The notes under the pieces were generated by a model. It did no database searches. It was not told the origin of the DNA and saw only the letters and a program-made list of their open reading frames with translations. Of a DNA stretch of 64,000 nt, positions 28,337 through 37,289 are shown one piece after another (position 1 is the stretch's first letter; the number at the start of each line of letters is the position of its first letter). The stretch lies in assembly GCA_958296195.1 (NCBI GenBank), contig OY282455.1, forward strand, positions 3,829,809 to 3,893,808, read 5' to 3'. A program made the position numbers and the translations under genes. Source of the DNA: an uncultured Pseudomonadales bacterium (GTDB lineage Bacteria; Pseudomonadota; Gammaproteobacteria; Pseudomonadales; Azotimanducaceae).

Positions 28337-29673
28337 CGAAGCGGCCACAAGGGACGAATCAAGGTCCAAAGATAGGCGAAGTCGCCCTGCTTCGGCAACC
28401 AAGGCGCCAACAAGGCGGTCCCAGTCCAGCGATGGAACTGAAAGGCCAGAAAGGCGGCCCGGCAAGCCAGCCCTGCCGTCAACGCCCAAGCGGCGCTCGC
28501 CATGCCGAGGATTGGATGCAGCGCCAACAGGGTGGCGGCATTGACGCCTAAGCCAAGCCAAGCCGCCCAAGAGCAAACTGCAGGTCGGTTGACGCTGTTG
28601 AAGTAGGTCGCAAACAGGCTGGCGGCGGCGTAGGCCAGAATCCCCGGCGCCATGACCCACATCAAAGGGACTGCCGGCACGAAAGCTTCGGAGAACAGCA
28701 GCCGCACCAAGGGCGCACCAAAAGCGAGCACCAACGCCAGCGCAGCACCAGTGGCCAAGCAGATGAGACGCAGGTACAACCCAACCCGCTCCAAGGGCAT
28801 GGCTTGTCCGGCTGCCGCCCGCGGATAGAGCACAGCATTCGCGGAAACGGGGATCAGGTTGAAGCGCAGCATGAGCATGCTTATGGTGGCGAACAAGCCG
28901 ATGTCCGATTGACTGGCCAACACGCCTAGAAACAAGACACCGACGCGCGGCTCGAGCTCATTGCCCAGCCGCGTTGGATGATACCTAGCGCCGTACCCAA
29001 AAATACGGCGAAACCCTGCTGTGGAAGGCATTTGGACGCGAAAGCCGGCGCTTCGGCGCAAATCCACAAGCCCAAAGACCAGAAGCAAGGCATGTCCGGC
29101 GGCCAACGCCAGGATGGCCCCCACAACCCCCATGTCCAACTGCCATACCGAGACCAAGGTGAACAGAACCACAACCGCCGACTGGCAGAGCAGCAGCGCC
29201 GCCAACGGGCCGAAGCGCTTCAACCCCGCCAGCTGCAGCTCCACCGCATAGGAACAGGAGACGAGCGGAATCAGCAGCAGGGAAAGTCGAAAGGCGCCGG
29301 GCTCCGCCTTGCTGAAAAACGCCAGACCGCTGTATGTGAGCGGCAGCGCCACCGCCACCGCCAAGGTGCTGCCGGCTAGGCAGACGCCAAGCGCCGCCGT
29401 CAGGTTTTGCGGGACTTCCGCCCGATCCTTGATCGAGAAAAACTGGGCGCCCATTTCGACGCTTAGGGACAGGCCAACAGCGATCAGGTAGGCGAAGGTG
29501 ACGCAAACCGCGTAAGCGCCCCGTCCGCTGGGAAGCAGCAAGTAAGCCAGCAGACTCTGGGTGAGGAGGCCGGCGGCGTGCGTCGCGAGCCGAGCGGCGA
29601 ACAGCGCCACGAACTCCCGCCCCGCGCTGCTGCCGGCGCTAGTCGACATTAAAGACGGTTGGGAACGCCGCAA
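28333..29673 (-). CDS. polysaccharide/oligosaccharide flippase (Wzx/MOP superfamily), polytopic membrane protein
   Basis: 446 aa, hydrophobic throughout, with multiple predicted TM segments. The start is uncertain: TTG at 29673 or ATG at 29649. Confidence 0.65.
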   Translation of the reverse strand: MRRSQPSLMSTSAGSSAGREFVALFAARLATHAAGLLTQSLLAYLLLPSGRGAYAVCVTFAYLIAVGLSLSVEMGAQFFSIKDRAEVPQNLTAALGVCLAGSTLAVAVALPLTYSGLAFFSKAEPGAFRLSLLLIPLVSCSYAVELQLAGLKRFGPLAALLLCQSAVVVLFTLVSVWQLDMGVVGAILALAAGHALLLVFGLVDLRRSAGFRVQMPSTAGFRRIFGYGARYHPTRLGNELEPRVGVLFLGVLASQSDIGLFATISMLMLRFNLIPVSANAVLYPRAAAGQAMPLERVGLYLRLICLATGAALALVLAFGAPLVRLLFSEAFVPAVPLMWVMAPGILAYAAASLFATYFNSVNRPAVCSWAAWLGLGVNAATLLALHPILGMASAAWALTAGLACRAAFLAFQFHRWTGTALLAPWLPKQGDFAYLWTLIRPLWPLR

Positions 29674-29682
29674 AGACGGCGT

Positions 29683-30561
29683 TTATTCGATAACGCACTC
29701 CGCCCGCTCTGCCGCAATCCGGTGCTCGATGTGGCCGAGCTTTTCGATCTCCACCCGCACTAGGTCCCCCTCCTTGAGAAACTTCGGGGGCTTCATGGCC
29801 GCAGCCACGCCGCTTGGAGTGCCCATGAACAGGACATCCCCCACCTCCAAGGTGAACGCCTTGGTGAGATGGGCCACGGCGTCGTAGCAATCGAAGATCA
29901 GATGCTTGGTGTTGGAGTTCTGCCGCACCTCGCCGTTGACGGTGCAGCGGATGTCCAGACTGTGCGGATCACCCACCTCGTCCGCGGTCACCAAAAAGGG
30001 ACCGAAGGGACCGTGGCTGTCGAAGGATTTCCCTATCTGCATGGTCATGGCCGCCATCTGCCAATCCCGGACGCTGACATCGTTGCCGCAGCAGTAGCCG
30101 GCGATGACCTCGGCCGCCCGGTCTTTGGGCACATGCTTGCAGCGCTTACCGATGACGGCGCAAAGCTCCGCCTCATAGTCCAAGGCCGACGACACGGACG
30201 GTAGGTTGATTTCCCCATAGGGGCCGTTGGCGCAGGTGCGCTGCTTGTTGAACCACATTTGGGTTTCCGGCTTCTTCATGCCGGTCTCCGCGATGTGGTC
30301 GGCGTAGTTCAGGCCGATGCCGAGCATCTTGGAAGGGTTGGGAACCGGAGCGCAGAGCCGCACGGATTCCAAGGGCAGGACTGCAGTGGCCTGCTCCGCC
30401 GCCCGCCGCACCGCCGCCCACGCCGGCTCCCCGGCGGCCAACAACTCGATCATGGTGGCGGGAACGCCGTCCACACCGGAAAGATCGACCAAGCCGCCGT
30501 CCCGCGCCACGCCGATATGCTGACCGGCGGCGTCCCCAATGGTGAAAGTGGCAAGTTTCAT
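29683..30561 (-). CDS. fumarylacetoacetate hydrolase (FAH) family protein
   Basis: MKLATFTIGD... with an FAH C-terminal domain (GDVLFMGTPSGV). Confidence 0.8.
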   Translation of the reverse strand: MKLATFTIGDAAGQHIGVARDGGLVDLSGVDGVPATMIELLAAGEPAWAAVRRAAEQATAVLPLESVRLCAPVPNPSKMLGIGLNYADHIAETGMKKPETQMWFNKQRTCANGPYGEINLPSVSSALDYEAELCAVIGKRCKHVPKDRAAEVIAGYCCGNDVSVRDWQMAAMTMQIGKSFDSHGPFGPFLVTADEVGDPHSLDIRCTVNGEVRQNSNTKHLIFDCYDAVAHLTKAFTLEVGDVLFMGTPSGVAAAMKPPKFLKEGDLVRVEIEKLGHIEHRIAAERAECVIE

Positions 30562-30663
30562 GAATAAACCCCGTTCAGCAAATGCCCATGCTACATCTGA
30601 TCGCGAAATCCAAAACCTACTTCGCACCGACCGCCGTTGCCTTGAAACCCTTTTGGAACCAAG

Positions 30664-32151
30664 CTAAAAACCCTGCTGCACCACGTCCTTGGGGATCAGC
30701 GGATAGGAGATGCCGGCCCACTTCTGCACCACCCGCACCACCTGGCAGGCGTAGCCGAACTCGTTGTCGTACCAAACGTAGAGCACGGCCCGGTTGTCCT
30801 TGGACAAGGTGGCACCGCCATCAACAATGCAGGCGTGGCGATTGCCGACGAAATCCGAAGACACCACGTCCGAAGCCTCGGTGTAGTCGATCTGCCGCTG
30901 CAGGCTGGAGTGCAGGGCGGCGTTGCGCAGAAAGTCGTTGACGCCGGCCACGGTCACATCTTCAGCAAGGGTGAGGTTGAGGATAGCCAAGGACACATTC
31001 GGGGTCGGCACCCGGATGGCGTTGCCGGTAAGCTTGCCCTGGAGTTCCGGCAGCAGTTCCGTAACCGCCGACGAAGCGCCCGTCTCGGTGATGACCATGT
31101 TCAGCGGCGCCCCGCGGCCGCGCCGGTTCTTCTTGTGGTAGTTGTCGATCAGGTTCTGGTCATTGGTGTAGGCGTGGACCGTTTCCATATGGCCATGCAC
31201 CAGTTTGTAGCGCTCGTTCACCGCCTTCATCACCGGCACGATGGCGTTGGTGGTGCAGGAGGCGGCGCCGAGTATGCGGTCTCCGGCGTCGACGTCGTTG
31301 GAGTTGACGCCAGAGACGATGTTCTTGACGCCGCCCTTCGCAGGTGCGGTGAGGATGACCTTGGCGACACCTGGGCTGCGCAGGTGGGCACCCAAGCCAT
31401 CCTGGTCCCGCCAAACGCCAGTGTTGTCGATGACGATGGCGTCCTTGATGCCGTATTGCGCGTAATCAGCCTGGTCCGGCGCATCGGCGTACAGCACCCG
31501 CACCACGTTGCCGTTGGCGATCAGGCAGCTGTTTTCCTCATCCACCCGCAGGGTGCCCGGAAAGGCGCCATGCACGGAGTCCCGACGCAGTAGGGAGGCC
31601 CGTTTCAGCAGATCGTTGGGGCCGCCGCGCCGCACGACGATGGCCTTCAGGCGCAGTTGATGGCCGCCGCCGGTCTTCTCGACCAGCAGCCGCGCCAGCA
31701 GCCGGCCGATGCGCCCGAAGCCGTACAGCACGATGTCCTGGGGGCGCTGCAGGGGAGGAACATGGCGCCCGATGACCTCTGCGCACTCGCGCCGCACGAA
31801 GGCCACGGGATCGATGCCGTTGCCTTCCGACTCCTCCATGTAGCGGGTGGCGAGCTTGCCCACGTCGATGTGGCAGGGGCCGAGATCCAGCTGCGAAAGC
31901 GCGTCCAGGATGGGGTAGCTTTCGAACTCCGACAACTCGTTGTGCGCCACTTGGCGAACGTAGCGGTGCGTCTTCATGATCTGGATGACGCTCTGGTTGT
32001 AGAGCGCCCGCCCGTAGCAGTAGGCGACCACGTTCTTGCGGTAGAGGCGGCCGATGGTGGGAATCATCGCCTCGGCCAATGCCTCCCGCTCCTTCCAGTC
32101 CGGAAAGTAGTCTTCAAGGTTCGGCAGCGCCACTGGATTTGTGCTCCACAA
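30664..32151 (-). CDS. gap: glyceraldehyde-3-phosphate dehydrogenase, long (about 490 aa) form
   Basis: GFGRIGRLLARLLVEK and the active site ASCTTNAIVP. The N-terminal extension is as in Pseudomonas Gap2-type enzymes. TTG start. Confidence 0.85.
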   Translation of the reverse strand: MWSTNPVALPNLEDYFPDWKEREALAEAMIPTIGRLYRKNVVAYCYGRALYNQSVIQIMKTHRYVRQVAHNELSEFESYPILDALSQLDLGPCHIDVGKLATRYMEESEGNGIDPVAFVRRECAEVIGRHVPPLQRPQDIVLYGFGRIGRLLARLLVEKTGGGHQLRLKAIVVRRGGPNDLLKRASLLRRDSVHGAFPGTLRVDEENSCLIANGNVVRVLYADAPDQADYAQYGIKDAIVIDNTGVWRDQDGLGAHLRSPGVAKVILTAPAKGGVKNIVSGVNSNDVDAGDRILGAASCTTNAIVPVMKAVNERYKLVHGHMETVHAYTNDQNLIDNYHKKNRRGRGAPLNMVITETGASSAVTELLPELQGKLTGNAIRVPTPNVSLAILNLTLAEDVTVAGVNDFLRNAALHSSLQRQIDYTEASDVVSSDFVGNRHACIVDGGATLSKDNRAVLYVWYDNEFGYACQVVRVVQKWAGISYPLIPKDVVQQGF

Positions 32152-32269
32152 GATTAGGGAGGAGGGCCACTCCCTCCGGAGAGCGGCGGATTATAAGGCT
32201 TGCTTTTGCGCCGCAACAGAACAACGCGGCATTTCCGCCGCCATTGGGCGATTCGGGAACCAGCCCCCC

Positions 32270-33325
32270 CTAGCGGAAACTCTCGTTCAGCCGGTCAAGC
32301 TCCCGGCTGCCGGGGCATAGATCCGCTTCGGCAAGTGCGTTCAACGGCGTCTCCACCGTGCCGAGAACGTCGTGGCAGTCGGCGGCGTCGGGATCAACGT
32401 ACAAAAGGCCGGTCAACACCTCGCCCTGCTCCTGGCAACGCTGCACATGGGCCAAGGCGCCAATGCGGTCATGCACATCATAGCTGGCCTCCACCTTGCG
32501 CAACCGCAGGGTTGACCCGTCCGGCATGTTCACATCCTCGGCGGCGCCGGCTTCGTAGTCCGCGGTGATCTCGGCGCTGGGCGCGATGTAGTCCGCCTCC
32601 ATCAGCTTGGCGCTGTGCTCACGCACATACTGGAAGCTCTTGGTGGAGCCGTTGTGGTTGTTGAAGGCCACGCAGGGGGAGATGACGTCCAGAAACGCCA
32701 TGCCGGGATGCATCAGCCCGGCCTTGATGAGGGGCACCAACTGCCGCTTGTCCCCAGAGAAGCTGCGCCCGACGAAGCTGGCGCCGATCTGCAGGGCCAT
32801 GCTGGCCAGGTCGATGGGTTCGTAGAGGTTGGGCACGCCGCGCTTGCTGGTGGAGCCGCGGTCATTGGTGGCGGAGAACTGCCCCTTGGTCAGCCCGTAG
32901 GTGCCGTTGTTGTCAACGATGTAGAGCATGTTGATGCGACGGCGGACGATGTGCGCAAACTGGCCAAGGCCGATGGAGGCGCTGTCCCCATCGCCGGAGA
33001 CGCCGATGCAGTACAGCGCCCGGTTGGCCAGGTTGGCGCCGGTGGCCACAGACGGCATTCGCCCATGCACGGAGTTGAAGCCGTGGGACTTGTCCAAGAA
33101 GTAGCTGGGCGTCTTTGACGAGCAGCCGATGCCGGACAGCTTGGCGAAGCGATGCGGCGGCAGCGACAGCTCGGCGCAGGCTTGGACGATGGCGGCGCTC
33201 ACCGAGTCGTGCCCGCAGCCGGCGCACAGGGTGGAGACCGCGCCCTCGTAGTCCCGCCGGGTCAGGTCGAGTTCGTTCAGCGGCAGCAGCGGATGGCGGG
33301 TGCGCGGCTTGGCTACGAAGGTCAT
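32270..33325 (-). CDS. korB: 2-oxoacid:acceptor oxidoreductase beta subunit (TPP-binding)
   Basis: The Cys motif CAGCGHDS and the TPP motif GDGDSASIG. Confidence 0.85.
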   Translation of the reverse strand: MTFVAKPRTRHPLLPLNELDLTRRDYEGAVSTLCAGCGHDSVSAAIVQACAELSLPPHRFAKLSGIGCSSKTPSYFLDKSHGFNSVHGRMPSVATGANLANRALYCIGVSGDGDSASIGLGQFAHIVRRRINMLYIVDNNGTYGLTKGQFSATNDRGSTSKRGVPNLYEPIDLASMALQIGASFVGRSFSGDKRQLVPLIKAGLMHPGMAFLDVISPCVAFNNHNGSTKSFQYVREHSAKLMEADYIAPSAEITADYEAGAAEDVNMPDGSTLRLRKVEASYDVHDRIGALAHVQRCQEQGEVLTGLLYVDPDAADCHDVLGTVETPLNALAEADLCPGSRELDRLNESFR

Positions 33326-35148
33326 GCGCCCACCTCCTTAAGCCGCGGCAGCTTCTGCGCCTTGTAGTGGTCAAGCACTTGACGGTGAATTTCGTCGGCG
33401 GAAATCGACAGGCCGGCGTAATAGCGCAGGGAGATGAGCTTGGCGGGGTTCAGGTCCCCTTCGTTGACCAGCAGGGTGCGCATCTGCCCATCCCGGTTCT
33501 GATCGACCACGAACACCATCGCGTGCCTGTCGATGAATTCATAAACCTCCGCACCAAAGGGGAAACCACGCACCCGAATCCGATCCAGCCGGACGCCGTC
33601 CTCGCGCAACAGGTCCAGCGCCTCCTGCATGGGGGCGGCGCTGGTGCCGTAGTAGAGGATGCCGGCCTTGCGGCCGTCCGACTGGATTTCCGCCTCGGGC
33701 ACCAAGGTCGCCGCCGTGGCCCACTTGCGCTGCAGCCGCTCCATGTTGCGCTGGTAGGCGTCCGGGTTTTCGGTGTAGGCGGCGAACTCGTCCCTGGAGG
33801 TGCCTCTGGTGAAGAAGGCGCCCTTGCTCGGATGGGTGCCGGGCAGGGTGCGGTAGCCAATGCCGTCGCCATCCACGTCCAGATAGCGGCCAAAGCGTTC
33901 GATGCCGTCCAGCGCCGCCGCGTCCAGCACCTTGCCCCGGTCGTAGCGGCGGGCGTCGTCCCAAGCCAGCGGCTCGGAGACGCTGTCGTTCATGCCCAGA
34001 TCCAAATCGCTCATTACGATGACTGGGGTTTGCAGGCGGTCCGCCAGATCCAAGGCTTCGGCGGCGAAGTCAAAGCACTCCTTGGGGGTGGAGGGGAACA
34101 GCAGCACATGGCGGGTGTCCCCGTGGGAGGCGTAGGCGGCGCCCAGCAAGTCGCTCTGCTGAGTGCGGGTGGGCATGCCGGTGGAGGGGCCGGCGCGCTG
34201 AATGTCGAACAGCACCGCAGGAATTTCCGCGAAGTAGGCGAGGCCGAGGAACTCCGACATCAGGGAGACGCCGGGGCCGCTGGTGGCGGTGAAGGCGCGC
34301 GCCCCGTTCCAGGCCGCGCCGATGACGATGCCGATGGCGGAGAGTTCGTCCTCCGCTTGGATGACGGCGAACTTCCTGCGCTCCGTCTTCCTGTCCACCC
34401 GCAAGCCGTTGGCGTAGCGCTCAAAGGCTTCCGCCATGGAGGTCGAAGGCGTGATGGGATACCAAGCGCACACCGTGGCGCCGCCGTACAGGGCGCCTAA
34501 GCCGGCGGCGGTGTTGCCGTCTATTAGGATCCTGTCGCCGTTGGCGTCCGTGCGCCGCACTTGGTGTTCGATGGGGCTGTCCAAGTAGTCCAAGGCGTAG
34601 CGGCGGCCCAACTCCAAGGCGTGGATGTTGGGTTGAATGAGGTCGTCCTTGCCCTTGTACTGCTTGGCCACCATGCCGGTGATGACGTCGAACTCAATGT
34701 TCAACAGGGCCGAGAGGGCGCCCAGATAGACGATGTTCTTGAACAGCGAGCGCTGCTTCAAGTCCGTGAACTCCGTAAGCAGCAGGGTGGCGATGGGCAT
34801 GCCGATCTCGCGGATGTCGCTGCGCTTGAGGGATGCCGGCAATGGCTTGGAGTTGTCGTGGAACAGGTAGCCGCCGGGCTTCAAGGCGGCGATGTCCTCG
34901 GCGTAGGTTTCGGCGTTCATGGCCACCATGACGTCCACTCCTTCGCGGCGGCCTAGATAGCCCTGCTCATTCACCCGCACCTCGAACCAAGTGGGCAGCC
35001 CTTGGATGTTGGAGGGGAAGATGTTGCGCGCCGCCACCGGCACACCCATGCGGAACAGCGCCTTGGCGAACATGCCGTTGGCGCTGGCGGAGCCGGAGCC
35101 GTTGACGTTGGCGAAGCGGATGACGAAGTCGTTGTAGGTGACGTTCAT
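33322..35148 (-). CDS. korA: 2-oxoacid:acceptor oxidoreductase alpha subunit
   Basis: MNVTYNDFVIRFANVNGSGSASANGMF. ATGA overlaps with both neighbours. Confidence 0.85.
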   Translation of the reverse strand: MNVTYNDFVIRFANVNGSGSASANGMFAKALFRMGVPVAARNIFPSNIQGLPTWFEVRVNEQGYLGRREGVDVMVAMNAETYAEDIAALKPGGYLFHDNSKPLPASLKRSDIREIGMPIATLLLTEFTDLKQRSLFKNIVYLGALSALLNIEFDVITGMVAKQYKGKDDLIQPNIHALELGRRYALDYLDSPIEHQVRRTDANGDRILIDGNTAAGLGALYGGATVCAWYPITPSTSMAEAFERYANGLRVDRKTERRKFAVIQAEDELSAIGIVIGAAWNGARAFTATSGPGVSLMSEFLGLAYFAEIPAVLFDIQRAGPSTGMPTRTQQSDLLGAAYASHGDTRHVLLFPSTPKECFDFAAEALDLADRLQTPVIVMSDLDLGMNDSVSEPLAWDDARRYDRGKVLDAAALDGIERFGRYLDVDGDGIGYRTLPGTHPSKGAFFTRGTSRDEFAAYTENPDAYQRNMERLQRKWATAATLVPEAEIQSDGRKAGILYYGTSAAPMQEALDLLREDGVRLDRIRVRGFPFGAEVYEFIDRHAMVFVVDQNRDGQMRTLLVNEGDLNPAKLISLRYYAGLSISADEIHRQVLDHYKAQKLPRLKEVGA

Positions 35149-36929
35149 CCGGCGTAGGACCCCAGTTGCGGCACATGCACCACGGCGCGCTGCATGTCCC
35201 AGGCGTTGGTGGGGCAGCGCTCCGCGCACAGGCCGCAGTGCAGGCACAGGTCTTCGTCCTTGACCATCACCCGGCCGGTGGCCAGCTGGCCGGAAACATA
35301 GAGGTCCTGCTCCGTGGTCAGGGCCGGCGCAGTCAGGCGCTGACGCAGTTCGTCCTCCTCCCCGTTGTCGGTGAAGGAGATGCAGTCCATGGGGCAGATA
35401 TCGACACAGGCGTCGCACTCGATGCACAGCTGGTCGGTGAACACCGTCTGCACGTCGCAGTTCAGGCAGCGCTGCGCCTCCTTGGCGCCCAAGCGCCGGT
35501 CAAAGCCCAGCTCCACCTCGATCTTGATGTTGCCGAGGGCCTGCTTTTTGTCCGCATGGGGCACCAGGTAGCGCACTGCGGGGTCGTGCTCGCTGTCGTA
35601 GCTCCACTCATGGATGCCCATCTTGGTGCTGAGCAGGTTGACTCCTTCGGGCGGGCGGTCCGCCTTCAGGTCCTGACCTTGACAGAACAGGTGGATGGAG
35701 ATGGCCGCTTGGTGGGCGTGGGCGGAGGCCCAGATGATGTTCTCCGGGCCGAAGGCGCTGTCCCCGCCGAAAAACACCTTGGGGTGGGTCGACTGCAGGG
35801 TGGTCTCGTCCAGAACGGGGCAGTCCCACTTGTCGAACTGAATGCCGATGTCCCGTTCGATCCAAGGGCAGTGGTTCTCCTGGCCGATGGCCATGAGGAT
35901 GCGGTCCGCCTTCAGGAACACGTCCGGCTCGCCGCTCGGCTCGTAGCGCAGGCGACCGTCCTCCCCCTTGACCGGCTTGACGCAGCCGAAGACGACGCCC
36001 TTGAGCTTGCCGTCGTCATGCACGAATTCCTTGGGCGGGCGGTTGTTGATGATGGGGATGCCCTCGCTCATGGCGTCCTCCTTCTCCCAATCAGACGCCT
36101 TCATCACCTCGAACGCGGAGCGCACCACCACGCTGACGCTGTTCGCGCCGAGCCGCTTGGAGGTGCGGCAGCAGTCCATGGCCGTGTTGCCGCCGCCCAT
36201 GACGATGACGTCCCCGGAAATGGAGTTGGTGTGGCCGAAGGCGACGCTGGACAGCCAGTCGATGCCGATGGAGATGTGCTCGTCCACCTCCTCGCGGCCC
36301 GGCAGGTTCAGGTCCCGTCCCCTAGGCGCCCCAGTGCCGACGAAGTAGGCGTCAAAGCCCATTTCCAGCATCTCCTTCATGCTGGCGATCTCATGGTTGA
36401 AGTGGCATTCGACGCCCATGTTGAGGATGAGATCCACCTCTTCCTCCAGCACGTCCGCCGGCAGGCGGAAGGCCGGAATCTGGCTGCGCATCATGCCGCC
36501 GCCGGCCGGGTCCTTCTCGAACAGGTGAACCTCATAGCCCAAGGGCAGGAGATCCCGCGCCACCGCCAGCGACGCGGGGCCGGCCCCCAACAGGGCGATG
36601 CGCTTGCCGTTCTTGCGGGAAGGCACTCGAGGCAGGTAGGCGGAGATGTCGCCCTTGTGGTCCGCCGCCACCCGCTTGAGGCGGCAGATGGCCACGGGTT
36701 TCTCCTCGGTGCGCACCCGCCGGCAGGCGGGCTCGCAGGGCCGGTCGCAAGTGCGGCCGAGAATGCCTGGAAAGACGTTGCTGTCCCAGTTCAGCATGTA
36801 GGCCTCGGTGTAGCGCTCCTGGGCGATCAGGCGAATGTACTCCGGCACGGGCGTGTGCGCCGGGCAGGCCCACTGGCAATCCACCACCTTGTGGAAGTAG
36901 TTCGGGTCAAAAATGTTGGTTGGCTTCAT
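35145..36929 (-). CDS. GltD-like FAD/NAD(P)H oxidoreductase fused to a 2x[4Fe-4S] ferredoxin domain (KorC-like)
   Basis: The N-terminus CQWACPAHTPVPEYIRLI...RTCDRPCEPAC is like the glutamate synthase small subunit. It has the dinucleotide motif LLGAGPASL. The C-terminus has CLNCDV..CIECDACVDICP and CLHCGLCAERCP. Confidence 0.75.
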   Translation of the reverse strand: MKPTNIFDPNYFHKVVDCQWACPAHTPVPEYIRLIAQERYTEAYMLNWDSNVFPGILGRTCDRPCEPACRRVRTEEKPVAICRLKRVAADHKGDISAYLPRVPSRKNGKRIALLGAGPASLAVARDLLPLGYEVHLFEKDPAGGGMMRSQIPAFRLPADVLEEEVDLILNMGVECHFNHEIASMKEMLEMGFDAYFVGTGAPRGRDLNLPGREEVDEHISIGIDWLSSVAFGHTNSISGDVIVMGGGNTAMDCCRTSKRLGANSVSVVVRSAFEVMKASDWEKEDAMSEGIPIINNRPPKEFVHDDGKLKGVVFGCVKPVKGEDGRLRYEPSGEPDVFLKADRILMAIGQENHCPWIERDIGIQFDKWDCPVLDETTLQSTHPKVFFGGDSAFGPENIIWASAHAHQAAISIHLFCQGQDLKADRPPEGVNLLSTKMGIHEWSYDSEHDPAVRYLVPHADKKQALGNIKIEVELGFDRRLGAKEAQRCLNCDVQTVFTDQLCIECDACVDICPMDCISFTDNGEEDELRQRLTAPALTTEQDLYVSGQLATGRVMVKDEDLCLHCGLCAERCPTNAWDMQRAVVHVPQLGSYAG

Positions 36930-37214
36930 GGCTTTTGAGAGGGGCTAGGCTCCCTGCGGCTAGATGCGAACTAACCGGAATTGGGGCCACGACCCTAGCA
37001 AGCAGGGATGTTTGCTCAAAATCTAGCAGACAAAATGTCTCGACAGAGGGCGCACTCTACCCTTTTCTGCGCCAATTAGGAAGACAGCAAGTTCATTTTC
37101 CCCGTTGGTCTTCAAGGCCTGCGTCCAGCATTTCCTTGACCGCGCCCCCGCCGTGCAAGCGGCGTTGATGAATCCAGATGACGAATTCGCACCCTCCCCA
37201 TTCCTGATTTGCAT

Positions 37215-37264
37215 AAACACGACTTGACGAAACACGACTTGACGAAACACGACTTGACGAAACA
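37215..37264. repeat. 3.3 tandem copies of the 15-bp unit AAACACGACTTGACG, about 30 bp upstream of the ATPase start
   Basis: I counted exact units at 37215, 37230 and 37245, plus a partial fourth. Each contains TTGACG, which is -35-like. Confidence 0.9.
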
Positions 37265-37289
37265 GGAAGAGCGCTGCACACTGGCTCGC

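Noticed and set aside
27236-28375. A 379-aa plus-strand ORF. The same reasoning applies to the 62460-63425 minus-strand 321-aa ORF and the 49407-50420 and 50454-51221 plus-strand ORFs.
   Set aside because: They are antisense to the glycosyltransferase, DAGK-like and res genes respectively, and have no motifs.
33115-36938. 461-aa and 590-aa plus-strand ORFs
   Set aside because: They are antisense to korA and the GltD-like gene, which have clear cofactor motifs. The composition is shadow-ORF-like.
37209-37289. An N-terminal extension of the ATPase ORF encoding HDLTK x3
   Set aside because: The repeat is a DNA-level 15-bp tandem array. The conserved ATPase N-terminus (MAKFIGRTDEL) starts at 37290.
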